A stretch of 47,854 nt of DNA, taken from an uncultured Rhizobium sp. Its GTDB lineage: Bacteria > Pseudomonadota > Alphaproteobacteria > SHVZ01. Of the stretch, positions 45,433-47,854 are shown one piece after another. Location: contig CAZDGR010000001.1 of assembly GCA_964504845.1 (NCBI GenBank), positions 1 to 47,854 of the forward strand, in the 5' to 3' direction. The position numbers and the translations under genes are program-made. The notes below the pieces were generated by a model. The model was given only the letters and a program-made list of their open reading frames with translations, did not search any database and had not been told where the DNA came from. The stretch's first letter is position 1, and each line of letters opens with the position of its first letter.

Positions 45433-46008
45433 ATGGCCCTCGATCCAAACCGACCCTTCCTCCCCGTCAACATCGCCGTCCTCACCATCTCCGACACCAG
45501 GAACCTGGCCGACGACAAGTCCGGGAACACCCTGGTCGAGCGCATCGAGGCGGCCGGGCACAAGGTGGCGGTGCGGGACATCGTCCGCGACGACGGGGAC
45601 GCGATCGCCGCCAAGCTTCGGGCCTGGATCGCCGACCCCAACGTCGACGTCGTGCTCTCGACCGGCGGCACCGGGGTCACCGGCCGCGACGTCACGCCGG
45701 AGGCCTTCGAGTCGGTCTACGAGAAGCCGATCCCCGGCTTCGGCGAGCTGTTCCGCTTCCTCTCGCTCCAGAAGATCGGCTCGTCCACCATCCAGTCCAG
45801 GGCCACGGCGGGGGTCGCCGGCGGCACCTACCTGTTTGCGCTGCCCGGATCGCCCGGCGCCTGCCGCGATGCCTGGGACGAGATCCTCGTCCATCAGCTG
45901 GACTACCGCTGGAAGCCGTGCAATTTCGTCGAGCTGATGCCGCGTTTGCAGGAGCACCTGGCCCCGAGCGCTCGTACGGCCAAGGTTTCCGCCGCCGCGA
46001 GGCGCTGA
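45433..46008 (+). CDS. moaB: Molybdenum cofactor biosynthesis protein B (MoaB/MogA fold)
   Basis: NIAVLTISDTR, LSTGGTGVTGRDVTPEA, FALPGSPGAC. ATG 45433. Upstream track codons rejected. Confidence 0.88.
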   Translation: MALDPNRPFLPVNIAVLTISDTRNLADDKSGNTLVERIEAAGHKVAVRDIVRDDGDAIAAKLRAWIADPNVDVVLSTGGTGVTGRDVTPEAFESVYEKPIPGFGELFRFLSLQKIGSSTIQSRATAGVAGGTYLFALPGSPGACRDAWDEILVHQLDYRWKPCNFVELMPRLQEHLAPSARTAKVSAAARR

Positions 46009-46625
46009 GAATACCCCCAAGATATTGTGGTCGTCGGATTCGGCGAGCCCCTTGATCAAACTCGCATTTGACCGGCGATATAACGGTCTGAGCTACAAGA
46101 TACTGAAGTACCGCGGACTGACCGCCGCTTGACCCGACTTTCGAGCGCGGCGGGCCGATTTCTTGGTCGTACCTCCTTACCCCACTCAACTGCAACTGCA
46201 GTCAGAACGACGTTCGCATTTGCGGAATGTGGATGGATTCGTCTCGGCATCGGATCGATACGCAATATTTAGTTCGGAGGTCTCGGAAAGCTCCTAAATC
46301 GAGGAAGAAAACAGACCGATTTTATCGTTCCCTTGTCGTGATGATTTAGTTTCCCGCCCATCCGGCAGTCGCGCTCTTTGGATTTGTGCCCCGATCGGTC
46401 GTCGCGACAGTCTTCAGTTGCAAATCTCCGCCAATAATTCTCGCCGGAAGCCCTCGACGGCAATCGCGTGACGGCGAGTAGGGCTGCGAAGGTGCGGGGA
46501 TACCATGCTGTACCAGCCGTTTGGCGGAGGTCCTTCATGTGCCGGCTCGATATATCGGGAGGCCAAAATTTCGCTGCCTCCGCCTTTGTTCTTGATATGT
46601 TCAGGTCGGGGCATACACTTGGCGG

Positions 46626-47711
46626 ATGTCCGATCCCGTGATTCCACCCCGGGCCGTGAAGGGCCGAGGCGCCATCTCGAACCCGACCGGGCGGTTCGAA
46701 CCGGCCCGGCGCGAGCTGACCGACGACGGCTGGGAGCATCCGGAGGACGAGGATCCGCCGAAGCCCGAGACCCAGGTCCGGATCGACGCGACCCGGACGA
46801 TCATCGCCCGCAACGACTCCCCGGACATCGGCTTCGACCGCTCGATCAACGCCTACCGGGGCTGCGAGCATGGCTGCGTCTACTGCTTCGCCCGGCCGAC
46901 CCATGCCTACTTCGGACTTTCCTCCGGGCTGGATTTCGAGACCAAGATCTTCATCAAGCCGGACGCTCCGCGCCTCCTGGAGCAGGAGCTGAGGCGGAAG
47001 GGCTACGACGTCGCCCCGATCGCGATGGGGACCAACACCGATCCCTACCAGCCGCTGGAGCGCGAGCACCGGATCACCCGCGGCATCCTCGAGGTGCTCC
47101 GCGACTGGCACCACCCGTTCACGATCATCACCAAGAACCACCTGGTGACCCGCGACCTCGACATCCTGGGCCCCATGGGGAAGGACAACCTCTGCCGGGT
47201 CGGCCTGTCGGTCACGACCCTCGACCGCGAGCTTGCCCGGAAGATGGAGCCCCGGGCCTCGACCCCGGCCAAGCGGATCGAGGCGATCCGGCTGCTCGCC
47301 GAGTCCGGTGTCTCGGCCGGCGTGATGGCGGCGCCGATGATCCCGGCGCTGAACGACATGGAGCTCGAGAAGATCCTCGAAGCCGCGGCCGAGGCCGGCG
47401 CGTCGTGGGCGGGACACACGGTCCTCAGGCTGCCCTACGAGATCAAGGACCTGATGCGCGAATGGCTCGAGGAGCACGCGCCGCTGAAAGCGAAGCACGT
47501 GCTCTCGCTGGTGCAAGAGATGCGCGGCGGCCGTCTCAACGATCCGAGCTTCGGCGGCCGCATGCGCGGCGAGGGCGCCTATGCCGAAGCGCTCTCGCTT
47601 CGCGTGCGCCTGGCGAAGAAACGCCTCGGCCTCGATCGCGATCTTGCGCCGCTCGATTGTTCCCAGTTCAAGAGGCCGGCACGCGCCGGCGATCAGCTGG
47701 CGCTGCTCTGA
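46626..47711 (+). CDS. PA0069-family (SplB-like, COG1533) radical SAM protein
   Basis: YRGCEHGCVYCFARPTHAY (CxxxCxxC). 361 aa. Overall pattern of this family. Confidence 0.88.
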   Translation: MSDPVIPPRAVKGRGAISNPTGRFEPARRELTDDGWEHPEDEDPPKPETQVRIDATRTIIARNDSPDIGFDRSINAYRGCEHGCVYCFARPTHAYFGLSSGLDFETKIFIKPDAPRLLEQELRRKGYDVAPIAMGTNTDPYQPLEREHRITRGILEVLRDWHHPFTIITKNHLVTRDLDILGPMGKDNLCRVGLSVTTLDRELARKMEPRASTPAKRIEAIRLLAESGVSAGVMAAPMIPALNDMELEKILEAAAEAGASWAGHTVLRLPYEIKDLMREWLEEHAPLKAKHVLSLVQEMRGGRLNDPSFGGRMRGEGAYAEALSLRVRLAKKRLGLDRDLAPLDCSQFKRPARAGDQLALL

Positions 47712-47719
47712 CGCGCGAG

Positions 47720-47782
47720 ATGTCGGTCCGCGATCCCGACGGCAACCGCGTGACCTTCGGCGAAGAGATCACGATGAGTTAG
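47720..47782 (+). pseudogene. C-terminal remnant of a glyoxalase/VOC-family gene
   Basis: The 20-codon ORF MSVRDPDGNRVTFGEEITMS matches only the last beta-strand signature (RDPDGNxxxF) of VOC proteins. The rest of the domain is absent upstream. Confidence 0.35.
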
Positions 47783-47854
47783 GCGCGATGCTTCCTGATC
47801 CCTTGTATGTGAGGGATTGCGGATGGAGGTAAGTTTCCGACGTTCGTCGCAGGC

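Noticed and set aside
46009-46625. Chromosomal replication origin (oriC) in the low-GC gap near parABS
   Set aside because: There is only one weak DnaA-box-like match (TGTGGATGG, 46228-46236, 7/9), no cluster of boxes, no CtrA TTAA-N7-TTAA sites and no pronounced AT-rich unwinding element. The evidence is insufficient.

Overview
High-GC (about 65-70% by eye) alphaproteobacterial chromosomal segment. It covers the partition/centromere neighbourhood: mnmE-mnmG-rsmG-parA-parB with two consensus parS sites, followed by the convergent leuS-lptE-holA operon. I can support about 45 protein genes and one tRNA-Gln(UUG). Most genes are housekeeping: ispE, ETF-QO, family-4 UDG, Slt-type lytic transglycosylase, moaB, a ribA-like gene, yggS, ogt and a YyaL-like thioredoxin-domain protein. 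I saw no transposase, integrase, CRISPR array, rRNA or recognisable phage-defence gene. Six spots look accessory or unexplained. (i) At the left end, a TPR-GT41 glycosyltransferase, a compositionally atypical B12-type radical SAM enzyme and a pseudo-receiver protein sit together; this is my best candidate for an undescribed modification module. (ii) A dienelactone hydrolase and a quinone oxidoreductase are fused in frame. (iii) An ABC-F ATPase lies next to a higBA toxin-antitoxin pair. (iv) A sulfotransferase, yggS and a TPR/2OG-oxygenase-like gene lie in a row. (v) A PodJ-like polarity factor is preceded by a small paralog of its own N-terminal module. (vi) A 617-bp low-GC non-coding gap precedes a PA0069-type radical SAM gene. 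The many long ORFs opposite real genes are high-GC artefacts. All functional calls come from motif recognition by eye, not from database searches. Start codons were re-chosen where the ORF track clearly over-extends.
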